This document shows positions 13,560-26,406 of a stretch of DNA of 64,000 nt, one piece after another. Made by a program: the position numbers and the translations under genes. The stretch is taken from contig CM119373.1 in assembly GCA_051294905.1 (NCBI GenBank), positions 5,458,001 to 5,522,000 of the forward strand, read 5' to 3'. The notes below the pieces were generated by a model, which had not been told where the DNA came from, ran no database searches, and saw nothing but the letters and a program-made list of their open reading frames with translations. The stretch is from Botryllus schlosseri. Taxonomy: Eukaryota. Within the stretch, counting starts at the first letter, position 1. Every line of letters starts with the position of its first letter.

Positions 13560-15396
13560 GTATAGTGGAAAGCTATCGAAATCGCCCAACCCACCAGAAA
13601 CAGATTTCTCTCGTGGGAAAGAAACGATTCGAAAAAAAATGATTCCAGGTTGGTATTTCCATATGGGGCGCATCATTTTCTCTGCTGTTCTCATCTGTAC
13701 TGCAGTGCTTAGATTGCAAAGTGCGCTACTACATGAAAATCAAAAATTAAGTCGCATTGAATTTCAGGGTTAATTAAAATCTCCTAAAAATTCGGGAGTC
13801 AATTCGTAAATTCAATTTTCATGTCGACGACCGCCAACACATATTAATTGAATTACGTGTCTACGGCCGCACAAATGTCCTTCTGCGGCCGCAGGTTGGC
13901 CACCATTGGCCTACATGATAACACTTAGTAAACAGGCACTGATCCTTGTCTGTAATAATCAAGACGTTGTCATAATAGAAAATCAGTAATTTATAAAGTG
14001 TGAAAAATGAAATCCATCGCTATCCGTTGCACAAACTATAACCATAACTAACTACGTTGTATATATAAACTGAGTGGCAAATTAAGTCAAATGGTTGTGA
14101 TTTTTCGATAAACACATTTAAAATTGGTGTTAAAACCTGTCGAGGGATAGCTCATTTGATGAACAAATCAATTGAGTTTTGAATTGACACATTTTTAAAG
14201 AACCGTATTCGTTTGCGTGACAGAAATAAATTTGTTTCGAACGACAGATTGACGCGTTGGGTTTGAATCAATTACCTATAATCACGTATAATGCATTTCT
14301 TATGAGTAGCATTCTACTAAATATGTACTAAATGAACTTCTTATATTCAAAAGACATAATATGTATGACCTATGACATGAACTTGTAAGCAAATATCATA
14401 TGTTTTCATAATTTCGCGTAAGTCTACCTACGCACTCTGCACACATGCTAGACAAACAAACCATGAAAGCATCAGCTAACAAATACACTAATTCACCAGC
14501 TTATCCTAATTCAGATATATCTTCTGATCGGTGCATGAACCGGTATCAGTCTCAATGTAGTATCGGTGTATGGATAGCACGACGTTACTATGACATTCAA
14601 AGCCACAATATACTGAGAATTATTGTGTCTGTTGAAAGTTGGAAGTTTGGGCACAAATTATTTCATTCCAAGTTCATGTACTTTATTTCTTTAAGGGGAC
14701 TTCCAGCCCCCTTCAGATGCTTCCACGCCCCCAGTTTGATAACCACTGATTGACATGGACTCGCATTTTAATTTTGAAACTGATTGACGATGGATTATGA
14801 CTATGGCGTGCTGACTGTACACTGTGCAAAGTGCGGCTTGCATGCGCTCAATGCAACCCAGAAAGAAATAATTTGCAATCCGTATCAATTTGAACATACT
14901 GCCTCCCGTGGAAAGTGATTGTATCTTAACTTATTCTCGTGCGTTTGAGCTTAGTATGCTTACAGAAGGCCCAAAACACTAACATCTCAAGATTACATAA
15001 TGTTCCTCACAATATATACAGATTGCGCAATGTCACAATATTCACACACATACTTACACGGTTAGTCTCACTTTGTCGTTCTTCCGAATATTCGGGAGCC
15101 CGTTTTCAGACCGAGGTTGCCCCCAAATATGTATCATTTGTATATATGCGGATGTACAGTACACACCCCTGAAAGACCCTATCGCGCCTGGTAGCAATTA
15201 AACATTTTCTAGGCGCCATTCACATACTTGCTTATGTGAATTGGCTATGCCTCCAATCACCACACACTTCAGCAGGCCGGGAAAGAGTTGCGAGATGGTA
15301 CGATGATATGTTCTTCAGATGCAACGCCTATGAGTTGCGAGTAAGAGCACTACCGAGCTCGATCCCAGAATGCCTACACCTATGAGATTTATCTAA

Positions 15397-15993
15397 GGCC
15401 CTTTTCATACCGGGGTTCCGGGAACAACAGATCTCGAAAATGTTTACCGGAACCCCTCTATGTGAACATAACACTGGTTTTCCGGGGCGGTATGAACGCG
15501 CTTATTTTCGGAGATTTTTACGGGACCGACTGAGTATGAACACGAATGGCGCAGCTGGGTTCCCGGAACGCTGTCAATCAAACTTTTAGTTACGGCAACG
15601 CGCTGTTCATTCAGTCGAGAAGGCATATCGAGAAGGCACATCGAGAAGGCATATCCGCAACATCCCATAGCTAAAAGTTGGAGCAAACTTCTCCGCATCT
15701 CACGTATATGCCTCTCCCACATCGTTTTCCACACGCATATTTCAACTGGAACATCCCACAGACATAGTTTCGTAACTATCGACACTTACGGAGAATCGCG
15801 TTCATACTGGCCATAATTTCCCGCGAATTTACCGAAAAAAACGACCTGTATGAACATAAGTTCGCGGTAACTCTAAATAGGTATGAACGCGCCCTTTTCC
15901 GGAACTGTTTCGGTAATTTTTTCTCTATGTGAACATCGCCTGTTCCGGAACTTGTCCCCGAAAGAGTTTCGTAAATCCGGTTTGAAAAGGGCC
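15397..15993. mobile_element. PIF/Harbinger MITE
   Basis: TIR GGCCCTTTTCA, TAA TSD. Confidence 0.85.
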
Positions 15994-15998
15994 TAAAC

Positions 15999-17224
15999 CA
16001 GGGGTTCTCAGCTTTTTTCCGGCCGTGGCTCATTTACCGGGTTGAAAATGTTCTGTGGCCGAACTCTTATTCTAGGGTCATAGTCCAGTTCAATGCGTGG
16101 TGATATACCTATTTCTTGAAAATATGCGCCTGTTTTTATCCTAATCATTTGAAATCGAGACCTCCAGGCAAAAGACATTAAATTTCGCCGAGCGTGACGA
16201 AAATTTTCACATTGGTTATTCTCCTGCAACAAACGATTAAAAATATATTTTTGGAGTTTGGGTTTGGAGTGCGGCAGTTATGGCCCTGGTAGATCATACA
16301 ACTCATGTGTACTTTATGGCTGTCCGCTGTACCACTCGCGTCGCAAAATCCAATGATGTAATCCCAGCATCCACTGTGTGATTGGGGTTTTAGTTACACT
16401 ATGGTGGGGAATGATATAACTACTCTAGGCCAGCTTCAAACCATTCTCTGGTGAATGTGCTACTGCAGGAAGTTTTTAATATGCAAGCTGTACTGTGCAA
16501 TGTAGAAGCCTATGCCTTGTACCTATACTGAAGTTGCGATGTCAGAACATTCAATCCAACATTACAATCAATTCATGTGACTCTTCTCTTACATTTTGTT
16601 AAATGATTCAATTCCGTTCATTTTAAACGATTCCAAAGATTAATGTGCTGCTCTAAATCCTCAATCTATCACGATTGGGTGCAGTGGTGCCGCATACTTC
16701 CACAGGAAGTTGATAATAATTGATAATAAATTGCAGTTATGGTTATTGTTATGTTACAATATTACGGCCTGTCGAAGTACCGTAAATCTATATCAAATCC
16801 ACTTGAGGCCGAGTTTAGTGCACACTCTTTGGAACGGCATGCGACATACGACAGATTATGACCTTACCGGAATACTTAATTACTTCAGCATCAAGTTCCA
16901 GTTATTATATAATCAAAACTATTGTCGTTGCTGTTAGCGGTAGGCTGTCATAGCCTGGGAACAAAAGCGGCCGTTTCCCCCTCCACCTTTCGACTTGTAC
17001 ATTGTGACTCCATACGTGCCCCAGCGTCTCATCAGAGTCGGATGAAAGACTAATGTAGCCAACGTATAATTCGATAATATGAATATATATTTGAACGCAT
17101 AACATAACAAATTTAACTAAACTTTTACCAATACCACATCTTCCAAATAGCTCTGTGGCCTACCTCAAAGCGCTCATGTGGATCGACCACCAGTGGGCCA
17201 TGGCCCAACGTTCGGGAACCCCTG
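15999..17224. mobile_element. Non-autonomous hAT inserted in a SINE
   Basis: CAGGGGTTC...GAACCCCTG termini. TSD ATCTAAAC/ATCTAAGC once the Harbinger MITE is removed. SINE halves at about 15290-15396 and 17225-17350. Confidence 0.75.
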
Positions 17225-17430
17225 ATCTAAGCTCCTCCTTGCCATCTGATCCGCGTAAGAGGTGTCTTGCAAAAGCCGAGAACAAAAGTGGACCGTGTTA
17301 TCAGTGAGAATAATAATCGGGAAAACCATGCATGAATCAACCACACTATGCATTATCAGTTCCGTATAATGACTAATGCAGTACCACAACCAAAACATCA
17401 ATTTCACACCTTTCAATGTATATCAGCTTA

Positions 17431-18086
17431 TCAATGACAGTTGTGAATCTCGTGTTCAATTACATCAACTTTCACAACATAATTAGATTCGTTGAAAGTC
17501 ATAGTCGAATCAGGGATGCAATGACATTCACCAGCTGCGTATAAACGTCCTATTTCATTGAGGGATAGTTCTCTATTCCAAACATGAAATCCTTGCATCT
17601 CACCAAAAAAGCCCTGATGGCCATTTTTGGTATTAGGAGGTCCTGGACTTGATCCGTTTATTTTGGAATCCTGATCTTGACCGAAAATTAGCACACCACC
17701 TCCATTTATCTGTCCAAATCCCGTCTTCGTATATTGCCGATATCCTTTTCGCGTACCATTGACGTAAAACGTAGCCGAATGGGAATTCAATACGAGGCAA
17801 AAATGCGTCGAATACGTGATTACCGGTAAGTCGCTTTCAAACGTAGTAGATCCCATGTCGGATTTCACAACCAGACTTGCCGAATATAGGGAGACCGTTG
17901 CGGCGTTGCAGCCATTCGAACCTTCGGCGCAGTAGCTCATGAATGTACCTTTCACAAGGTGCTCATGATCTGGTGATCGAAGCCACATGCATGCAGTCAG
18001 TGACGTCATGCGTGGTAGAGTGCCACGATATTGAACGTAATCAAGATGATCTTTCTCCGGAAATGTGAATTGAGAGATGGAGCAGC
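17431..18086 (-). CDS. Pentraxin gene C, terminal pentraxin-domain exon (open frame)
   Basis: Acceptor atatttcAG. Reads CSISQFTFPEKDHLDYVQY, LTACMWL, HFCLV, FYVNG, GGGVLIFGQDQD, FFGEMQGFHVWNRELS. Confidence 0.9.
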
Positions 18087-19264
18087 CTGAAATATCAATG
18101 GTACATTTCTATTACACGAATACATGTCCCAGTTTAGCTATGAGTGAGGTAGGTGTAAATTTCCCCTTTTTCACGCTAAACGAAAATATAATGTATATGA
18201 AAGCTAAATATATCGGCTTAGATAGATGAGAATGATAATGTTCATCGATTTATTGTTTGCCGCTTTCCCTAAATTCATCAGTTGATCACGGTAAAAGTTC
18301 GCAATGTGTCGGGGAGTGTCATTATTCCCTTGAAACGTGACGAGTAAGCGTATCTGCTGTTGGTTTGTACAAAATTGTAAATTGTGATTCTTAGGTATAT
18401 ATTACATGTTCGCTTTACGATACTGTAACTGCTTCAATGATGGGGAGACTGATAACGGATGAAGATAGCATATTTTTGAGATTCTTACTCCATCTCTAGA
18501 GATAATGATCATGCTACGGAAAGAGCGTAAAAAATTAAGATCTACCTTTTACAATTCTAAGATACTCGAAAATAAGTATTTTGACAATGTGATAAACGGC
18601 ATCACCGCCTCTGTCGCTACGGTCCGGATCAACCAGTCGAGATATATTGGGTGAAATGAATGGATTTGACGTGACCTATATAAGGTATTTGAAATGTATC
18701 TTGGTTATGAATGTATTTTCGATATGCTGCAAAGAATTATTATTTTCACAATCCTCCTAGTATAATTATGGCGATGGTTGGGGAACAACCTGCTTATACC
18801 TTATGATCCAACACTTCTGGTCCAATACTATTCCTCTAGTCACGCTAATGTTGCGTCACTGCTTTCACGGTGATACGACACCATTTAGGCATGACGAGTT
18901 AACGTAATTCGACCATCTGCCGAACATCAAATCGCGGCAGGAAAACACAAGTGCTGGCGTGTGCAGTATGTCCGGCCCATCCTCAAAAGCTCATGTATGG
19001 TTGTTAACGTTAAGTCGCGGGGCTTAGCCCCACAGAGTAATCTTTTTCCGCCAAGTCACACGAATAGTCATTACATGAAGGACATTTAGACAAACACATT
19101 TCTATTTCATGATAGCTGGCTATAATACTTTGATCGGTGATACGACTCACCCATTATTAGCTGAGTTGAAGAGTTAAACACTAGGGAATAAAAAACACAG
19201 AGTAAATGTAGGTATTGCAGATTGACTCGGAGCAAACACGGACTATAGCGTCATCAAATTATGA

Positions 19265-19911
19265 CAGGGCTGGCCAACCCGTGGCCCGCGTGCCACATGT
19301 AACCCGCGAGACGGTTTTGAGTGGCCCGCTGGTAATTTTCGAAATTAGGTACATTATCAAAAATGGATTGCCCAGATTGTGAACTTGCAAGCCAGCCAAA
19401 AATTATAATAGCCTGTCCGCAGCACTTGTGTTGATGACTAAAATATCAGTTCCGACGCATTGGCAGATCCATGGTCCAGTCACATGTCGGTAGATCTTCG
19501 TATATTACAACAAGGTAGACGGTTTTGCCGTAGATTTATCTAAATTAAATTTTCTTCACGCTTAGCGCAATATGAAGTCACTCGATTTCTTGCTTTTAAT
19601 ACTGTTACGATGCCTATCCCCTCCCGAAGATGAAAAAACATCTAATGTACCAGATTCAGTCTACAACTATATTCGCAATTATACGAGAGAAAGTTGGCCG
19701 AAGTTGTCAGTATCGACATGTCCAGGCGCCGAGCAGTCATGTCCTTGCAAATTGAGCCCAGCGATTAACAGCAGACCCGCAATCTACCCAAGTAACAATA
19801 TTATTGACCCATGTACTTTGAAAAATTTTTCGCGCTTGGCGCGGCTAGTGGACCGCGCAATGTTTCGACAATAGTATGTGGCCCTTTGGCCGAAAATGTT
19901 GGCCACCCCTG
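19265..19911. mobile_element. hAT MITE in an intron of pentraxin C
   Basis: CAGGGCTGGCCAAC...GTTGGCCACCCCTG termini, decayed TSD AATTATGA/GATTATGG. Confidence 0.75.
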
Positions 19912-20179
19912 GATTATGGCAACCGGGGTACTCTGAGTACACAGCGCATATGTTCGTTAAAAGGTAAATACGGTATTTTAACTTTTCTGATAATCACTAC
20001 TGCCACTGCTAGACGTAATAATGAGCGATATTCGAATGCCCATAATCGATTCGGAACCATACGATTTAAATACTCGATTTTGCTTTATCCAATGTTACTA
20101 AATTTTATATCAATCTGCTCTTAGCTTTTGGTTACACATCAGCAGTTCGATAAAGGCAGTAACATACACTACCCTATAC

Positions 20180-20383
20180 TTGAATTTCGATACAATTCGG
20201 TAGTATTCACACTATAACCTTTTGGGACTGCAGCCGCAGGTGGTATCGACTTTGCTGCTATAGTTTTGGTTGCTGAAGAGATGAGTGAGCGACTGTCGTT
20301 TTCCTTTATGGTCGTTTCAATAGCAATGATATTTTCAGCTTCCCTTCCGAGTGTTCTCTCCAGTGCCTGCAAACCAGCTGCGT
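20180..20383 (-). CDS. Pentraxin gene C, stalk exon (204 nt, phase 1-1)
   Basis: Reads AAGLQALERTLGREAENIIAIETTIKE, paralogous to 7099-7395. Donor GTATAG inferred from phase. Confidence 0.75.
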
Positions 20384-20669
20384 CTGTAGATCACAGAACT
20401 TTAGTTGAGATAAAATATGGCAGCCACGGATTAAGGTGGACAACGCGATTCAAATGTGGTGGTCGCCCGGAAAATACTTTACTCTGACCTTGTTACAGCA
20501 CGCACTTAGATTTGCGCTTGTGATTTCATAATATCCTAGCCGTCTTCATCGCGCACAAGATACGACATGCAGGAAATTTATGCAAACGTCAAATGCCCAT
20601 TAGTCACGCAACAAGGAGAAATTATCTTCAACCAGAAGATAATGTCGACGAGGTAGCATATTGACTCAC

Positions 20670-20679
20670 TTGAAATATC
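20670..20679 (-). CDS. Pentraxin gene C, 10-nt microexon (DIS)
   Basis: ttttgacAG|GATATTTCAA|GTGAGT. Confidence 0.72.
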
Positions 20680-20834
20680 CTGTCAAAACAATAGATACGA
20701 AGATCGAATTTCATCATCGCTACAGAGAAACCAAAGCTCAACAAATGCTGGTATGGTTAATTATTTACACTCTTTTAAGTCAATATATACTAAATGTATC
20801 GTAATAAACTCCATTATCAACCGTTATGATTTGA

Positions 20835-20938
20835 TATTCTCGACTTACTATTGTGATTTCCCTTTGTCCACAAGTAGACCGTGCTTGATCAACTTCTACT
20901 TGTGGACAAAGGGAAATCACAATAGTAAGTCGAGAATA
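20835..20938. repeat. Perfect 44-bp inverted repeat with 16-nt loop spanning the 47-nt exon of pentraxin C
   Basis: 20835-20878 is the exact reverse complement of 20895-20938. Confidence 0.95.
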
Positions 20939-21051
20939 AGCTATAGCTTATATTTCAACTTATTACAATTGTATTTACCAAGTTATCCATTAAGATACAT
21001 GGAGATATGCACGTGACCTAATCATAACATTGTTAAAATGATATTTTCCAG

Positions 21052-21923
21052 GAAGAAGATGAAAGTAAAGAGGTGAAAGGTCTCCTATTCCTCCAAAAAG
21101 AATTGACGGATAAGCGCTTGAAATCAACATCAAAGTTGCTCGCTGTTGCCGTCCAGCAGGTAATTATAGGTTAAAAATTTTGAGCCATCATATCTTAACG
21201 AGTTGGGTGAGAGGGCTGTCCAGAGGTGGTCCAAGTAGTCAGCCATGCTACAGCAGTAGAGTGGAGGAAATGCTGTAAATTTCACCCACCTTTTCAATTG
21301 CAAGGTGCATCTTTGTGACTAACGCCCAAGGCAGAACCTTCTTGAGTATACGGAAAAAGTGAAAGTATTTCGTTGCTGATGTTACTCTTAGCGTGCCATC
21401 AATTAGTTTTAACTGTGTGTAAATAAGTCAGATCTCCAAGTTCTATTCTTGCTCGCCAGTCCCTCAACAATCTAGTCTGGTAATGGTGGTCAAGATTTGA
21501 TACTTTGACTACAAATAATAATAACCGCATTATTGAATGACTTATACATTCTTATTGTTTCAGGCACATGATGTTAAAATTGAATGCCTAAAACTGGACC
21601 CGCCGCACCTACTTATCGCCATCCACGAGTCGGGAGTTCATCAGGGATGGGTGTTGGTGGATGATATCACTATACCCTGCACAAAAGATCAAGGAATCCC
21701 AGGCATGGTCATTGGCCTGATGTCTTGTTACTATGTCTGGGACCTTAAATATCCAAAATCATTTATGATCCTCGGATTTATTCAAAAGACACTAATCGAA
21801 GACGAAAAAAACGACTTTTTCAAATCGGCAAAGTACGTCGAATTTGAAAAAAAAATACCGCGAGCCCTGTTTGTGAGAATTCAGAATATCCAATGGTATA
21901 TACAGACTTGGACAACTAGATAA
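21052..21923 (+). pseudogene. Two-exon 3' fragment of a SAMD3-like, transposon-associated (EnSpm-type accessory) gene
   Basis: Exon 21052-21159 and an exon starting at 21564 join in phase 0. Motif LMSCYYVWDLKYP..F.ILGFIQK.L recalls SAMD3-like C-termini. No 5' part seen. Confidence 0.55.
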
Positions 21924-22427
21924 TTCTAGAAATTAGACTAAACAGAGTGAAATCTTTCTCTGCTCCAATTTCAATTCTAATCCAATTTTGGAAATGTTTC
22001 TCAGCTCTAATTATAATCATATTTAAACAAATTTCTGGTTTACCGGAACAACTGTATAGTTCGAAACCAGCTTTCTGAGACAGACATTTTCCATTCTAAT
22101 GCTTATGAGAATAAAATCTGACTTGATGTGTACTGATATTGACCGGGTTTCAAATTTTTACACTAATTAAGTAATTACAATTATAATCTAATTTGAAGAA
22201 AAAAAACTCTTCATAAATCATGCTAATTCAAATCTAACATTTGGAAAAACAGTAGTAGATATAATTATAATTCTAGTCCTATTCGGTAGTCCTATTCGGA
22301 AATACTAGCTATAATTCGAAAAAAACTAGTTCTAATTTTAATTGTTGTCTAATATTGAAAAAAGCTGTGTATGCATAATTTGAAACTAACCCCAAAAAGT
22401 TGAAAATTTTCTAGTTGTCCCACTCTG
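21903..22427. mobile_element. Degenerate MITE with CTAATT/CTAGTT-rich interior
   Basis: Imperfect TIR CAGACTTGGACAACTAGA / TCTAGTTGTCCCACTCTG, no intact TSD. Confidence 0.55.
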
Positions 22428-24170
22428 GCTGTAGGGTTTGTAATAATGGCAATGTTGCTTGACATTCGAGCATAGGATGCATTGCAGTGTTGGGATCAAG
22501 TCACTACCTTCGAGTCACGAGTCATATCGAGTCATTGCACATTTTGACTCGAGTCAAGTCAAGTCCATCGTTTTTTGAAGGTGACTCGAGTCAAGTCAAG
22601 TCAGTCGATTTTCAAAGGTGACTCGAGTCAAGTCGAGTCAAGTCAAGTCAAGTCACGAGTCAAGTCACAATTCAAGTCAAATTGCCTTTTCGAGGTATGA
22701 GGCGTGATTACATCATTGTATTTCGCTAGCTGTCTGAAATACAGATTTAGTGCTGAGTGCACTGGCGTAGCAGCATGTGCTGCCGCCCCTGGCTTTGCTT
22801 AAAATTCTGCCCCTTAAGTAGATCGCAGCAAATTTCGACATAGATTCCTGTTCAAGTAATCTTGTCAATAAAAATAATTACGGATAATATGCCGCGTTTC
22901 AGCCTCACCGTCTCAACGTTGATAAGGCCAAAAATAATAAAGACAAGAAATAGCGAACGAATGTATTGTGCAAATAGATAATCAATAGCCGCCTCAAAGC
23001 AAAATCAGCGATAATACCCCCAAATTCAAGTTTTTGAACGTATTCTTTTTCTATAGACAGAATGGATAGAGCTAATAGCCGATCATCATTCATTGTAGAA
23101 CGTAAATAAGACTTAATCAGTTTGATATTTGAGAAGCTCCTCACACAGCTTGCAATAGAAACACCAATGGTCGGATAAAGTTTCAGACGCGAGCATAAAT
23201 ATCGTGTGGAATCAAGTAGCTATTTGCATTAACTAACCACTGTAAAACATCACACGCTGTTGCGCTACGATCAAACGTGGTTTCACTGCTCCGCACCAGC
23301 CCCTTAACCCTTTTAAAATCTCTAGTTGAACAACTTCATATGATCATATCTTAATTTGTGTACGTCCTAGAGGCCTCATATTGATTTGTACGAAAAGCTG
23401 GCAATCTTCTGATTTATATGATCCCTAATTCGAAGGTATATAAGGCATGACAATATTCGCAGCCAACTCCATAAAGTCCACCTCGTCGTCATAAGTGCTT
23501 CTAAAAGCGATCGTGAATCAATTGTGAATTTCGCTTTGCAGCAGCGCGTGGGAATTCAAAAATCCAAACATATCTCTCAAGTCAGGGGTGGGCAACATGC
23601 GGCCCGCGAAGGGATTTTGTCCGGCCCGCGGACTGTTTTCCGTCTTACGTGATAACGTGGCCTGCGGCCCCAGTCTGCCGAGATTCCCCACTATACTTTC
23701 TTACTAGGTACAATTTTAGTGATTATATGTTATTATATACGTGTAGTGTATGCGCAGCGTGCGAGAGTGGAGCTTATGCGTAAGTTCGGCCAGGCGAGAA
23801 GACTTGCATTATCCGCATTTACCATGTACTCAGCCCTAATGTCGTTTGTGGTAATCATAGTGTTTGTCGACTACAACGGTCATTTACAACAGGTTGATAT
23901 TTCTTATTTTTGATTCCGTAACCGCCGACATGTAGCCCGGCACACTTCTAGGCCTGTAAGACACCGCTCATGCCAGTGGTTGACAATTCAAAACGGGTCT
24001 CGGTCCACTTTTCGAATTTCGTAGAGGACGCAGGCCGCATGAATTCAATATCAACACAATTGAACAACGACGCTATCTCGTCACCTACTCAACCCTAATG
24101 AATTGATATCTTTGTAAACCTGGGATACTGGACTCATCGACCGCCTTGAAATCCAAATTAAAGATTGCAC

Positions 24171-24795
24171 CATAGTGTCCTATATGGTGTCGACAGAAGC
24201 AAATCTCACGGCTCAGTGAAATTGTATCACGTCACAATTTCCATTTGGCTACAGGCAATTGACGTTCATTTTTGACCGGCTTGCCGAGCATTAAATTTGG
24301 TAAAACGGGTATCAATCGAAAGCTGACTCTGCACTGATGACGAAAATATAAATTTTATTCCGCTTGCGGCCCTGGAACCCACACAATCAGCCTCGACTTT
24401 CCCATTGTTATGGTGGATGGCATTGGGACGCAACAATGCTTTTTGGACCTTTTTCTCTTGAGCTACACTCTCGTTTCGCCAGACAGCATTGTTGCGTCAT
24501 GAGATTCTCTCTCGTTTCGCCAGACAGCATTGTTGCGTCCATATGCCAATCTCTATAACAATGAAAAATTCAAGGCTGATTGTGGCAGTTCCAGGCCACG
24601 AGCGGAATAAAATTAATATTTTCGTAATCAGTGCAGAGTCAGCTTTCGATTGATACCCGTTTTACCAAATTTAATGCTCGGCAAGCCGGTCAAAAATGAC
24701 CGTCAAATTGCCTGTAGCCAAATGGAAATTGTGACGTGATACAATTTCACTGAGCCGTGAGATTTGCTTGTGTCGACACCATATAGGACACTATG
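24171..24795. mobile_element. Palindromic MITE, P-element-like
   Basis: About 280-bp inverted arms starting CATAGTGTCCTATATGG, 7-bp TSD ATTGCAC. Superfamily inferred from TSD length and CATAG ends. Confidence 0.8.
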
Positions 24796-25404
24796 ATTGC
24801 ACTGTGTGTTGACTGATCAGAGAGAACCGGACATGGCGGCGCCTGTATGACAACGCTATTCTCAAATCCACATTGTCTTCGTCATTATCGGCGAGAAATG
24901 GATTTGAAGTGACATTGCTGTCATTGAAATACATTTATTAAATACGATTTATTCCTTGTATATGTGGATAAATGGGTGAATGATGTATCGATTCAGCAAT
25001 CCGCCCCGCCAAGTACTTAATTTTCCTATTTCCGGCCCACCGACTGGAGAAGCTGCCCGCCCCTGCTTTAAGTGGTGTATGCCGGTAAACCTAGTTTCAG
25101 CTTCAAGCTTGAATCTGTCCAAAGCATAAAACATGCATCGTCTAACTTCTTCAACAATACTGCTGAGGCCAGCATCTTTTGATTGTTCGCAAGGCGTTCT
25201 CCTTTTTCCGCGAACTCTCCGAACAATCGGCCTTGACGGCCATTTCGGAGTGGTTCCACAGCCATTTTGACATATTAAATCGTGTTTTCGGAATCTGCGC
25301 GACACTAGCTTTCGATTGAGACCTGTGTGATTAAATTTTAGCTCACGGGACGCCAGCAATAGGACACCCAATTACGCTTCTTTTAGCCGGCTGTGTACAC
25401 TGTG

Positions 25405-25537
25405 CCAAGCGAGATAGTGTAATCGTGATGCGTCCCACTTCTTGATCGGTAGGGCGTGGGTTCGATCCCCGGCCGGGTCAGACCAAAGACTCGAAAACTG
25501 GTATCCACGGTTATCCCGCTAGGCGCTCAGCAATCAC
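25405..25537 (+). mobile_element. Second tRNA-SINE family (MetaSINE-like core), 5' part
   Basis: B box GGTTCGATCCC followed by GGTCAGACCAAAGAC..AAAACTGGTATCCAC..CCCGCTAGGCGCTCAGCA. Interrupted by the hAT at 25538. Confidence 0.65.
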
Positions 25538-26406
25538 CAGGCCGTGTTATTTTTGGCATTTCAGGAGCCAGATGCCAAAACTGCCCAAAATAAAAATTTG
25601 AAAATGCCAAAAGTAACACGGCCTGCCAATAGTGTATTTCGTTCATGGTGTTGTGTTAACAGGACCGAATTACAAACGAGAAGAGCGTGTGTGAAGGGCA
25701 GGTTTCTTACTCTATGGGTCCAGCCCACCCATTAGGGGAGAAAGCATGGTGTCCTAAATGGTGTGGGCACAGCGAGATTGAACGGCTGACTGCACTTGGT
25801 TTACGTCATACTTTCCATTCGTCCAAAGGCAATTTTACGGCTATTTCTGACCAGCTTGCCGAGCGCTAAATTTGATAAAACGGGTATTAATGGAAAGCTT
25901 CCGCTGTACTGATTACTAGAATATAAATTGTATTCTGCTCATGGATCTGTAACCCCCAAATTTCGTTGGGTGAAAAATTAATTCAGGAGAAACTTTGCTG
26001 ACCTGAGTTTGGAAGCACTGTTACAGTGCAAACAATTTAAGTCTATTCAAAAGCGGCAACAATCAGGTGTTTATCATGTTTGTTAGGCTTCTCATTCTTT
26101 TGCTTATTGGCACCGATTCCGAATGGATACTGCACATTTTGTGGTTTCGTTTGATATTATGAACCTATGTAATCACTAGGTTTTTTCTTCTTATTATTGT
26201 TTGTTGGTACTGATTATTAGTGGATGCTGCATATTTTTTGGTCTCTTTTGATAAATTGACCCAAATAAAGCGTTTTTATGACTAATTCGAGTCTGAAAAT
26301 ATCTATTTAGAGGTCGATGCCAAAACTTCCAAAAATAAAAATTGAAAAATGCCAAAAATAAGCTATTTTTGGCAGTTTTGGCATATGCCAAAAATAACAC
26401 GGTCTG
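25538..26406. mobile_element. Non-autonomous hAT with an extra internal right end near 25624
   Basis: TIR CAGGCCGTGTTATTTTTGGCA, 8-bp TSD GCAATCAC. Confidence 0.85.

Larger units (their letters stand above)
10109..13908. mobile_element. Non-autonomous hAT element with nested insertions
   Basis: CAGGGGTTGCCAACC...GGTTGGCCACCATTG termini, 8-bp TSD GCCTACAT. Confidence 0.8.

Noticed and set aside
22500..22680. GACTCGAGTCAAGTC arrays (also near 12540-12960, 27170-27330, 38070-38610, 39900-40810, 41660-41745) as CRISPR or satellite
   Set aside because: Irregular short units without unique spacers, located in subterminal regions of TIR elements, in a eukaryotic context.
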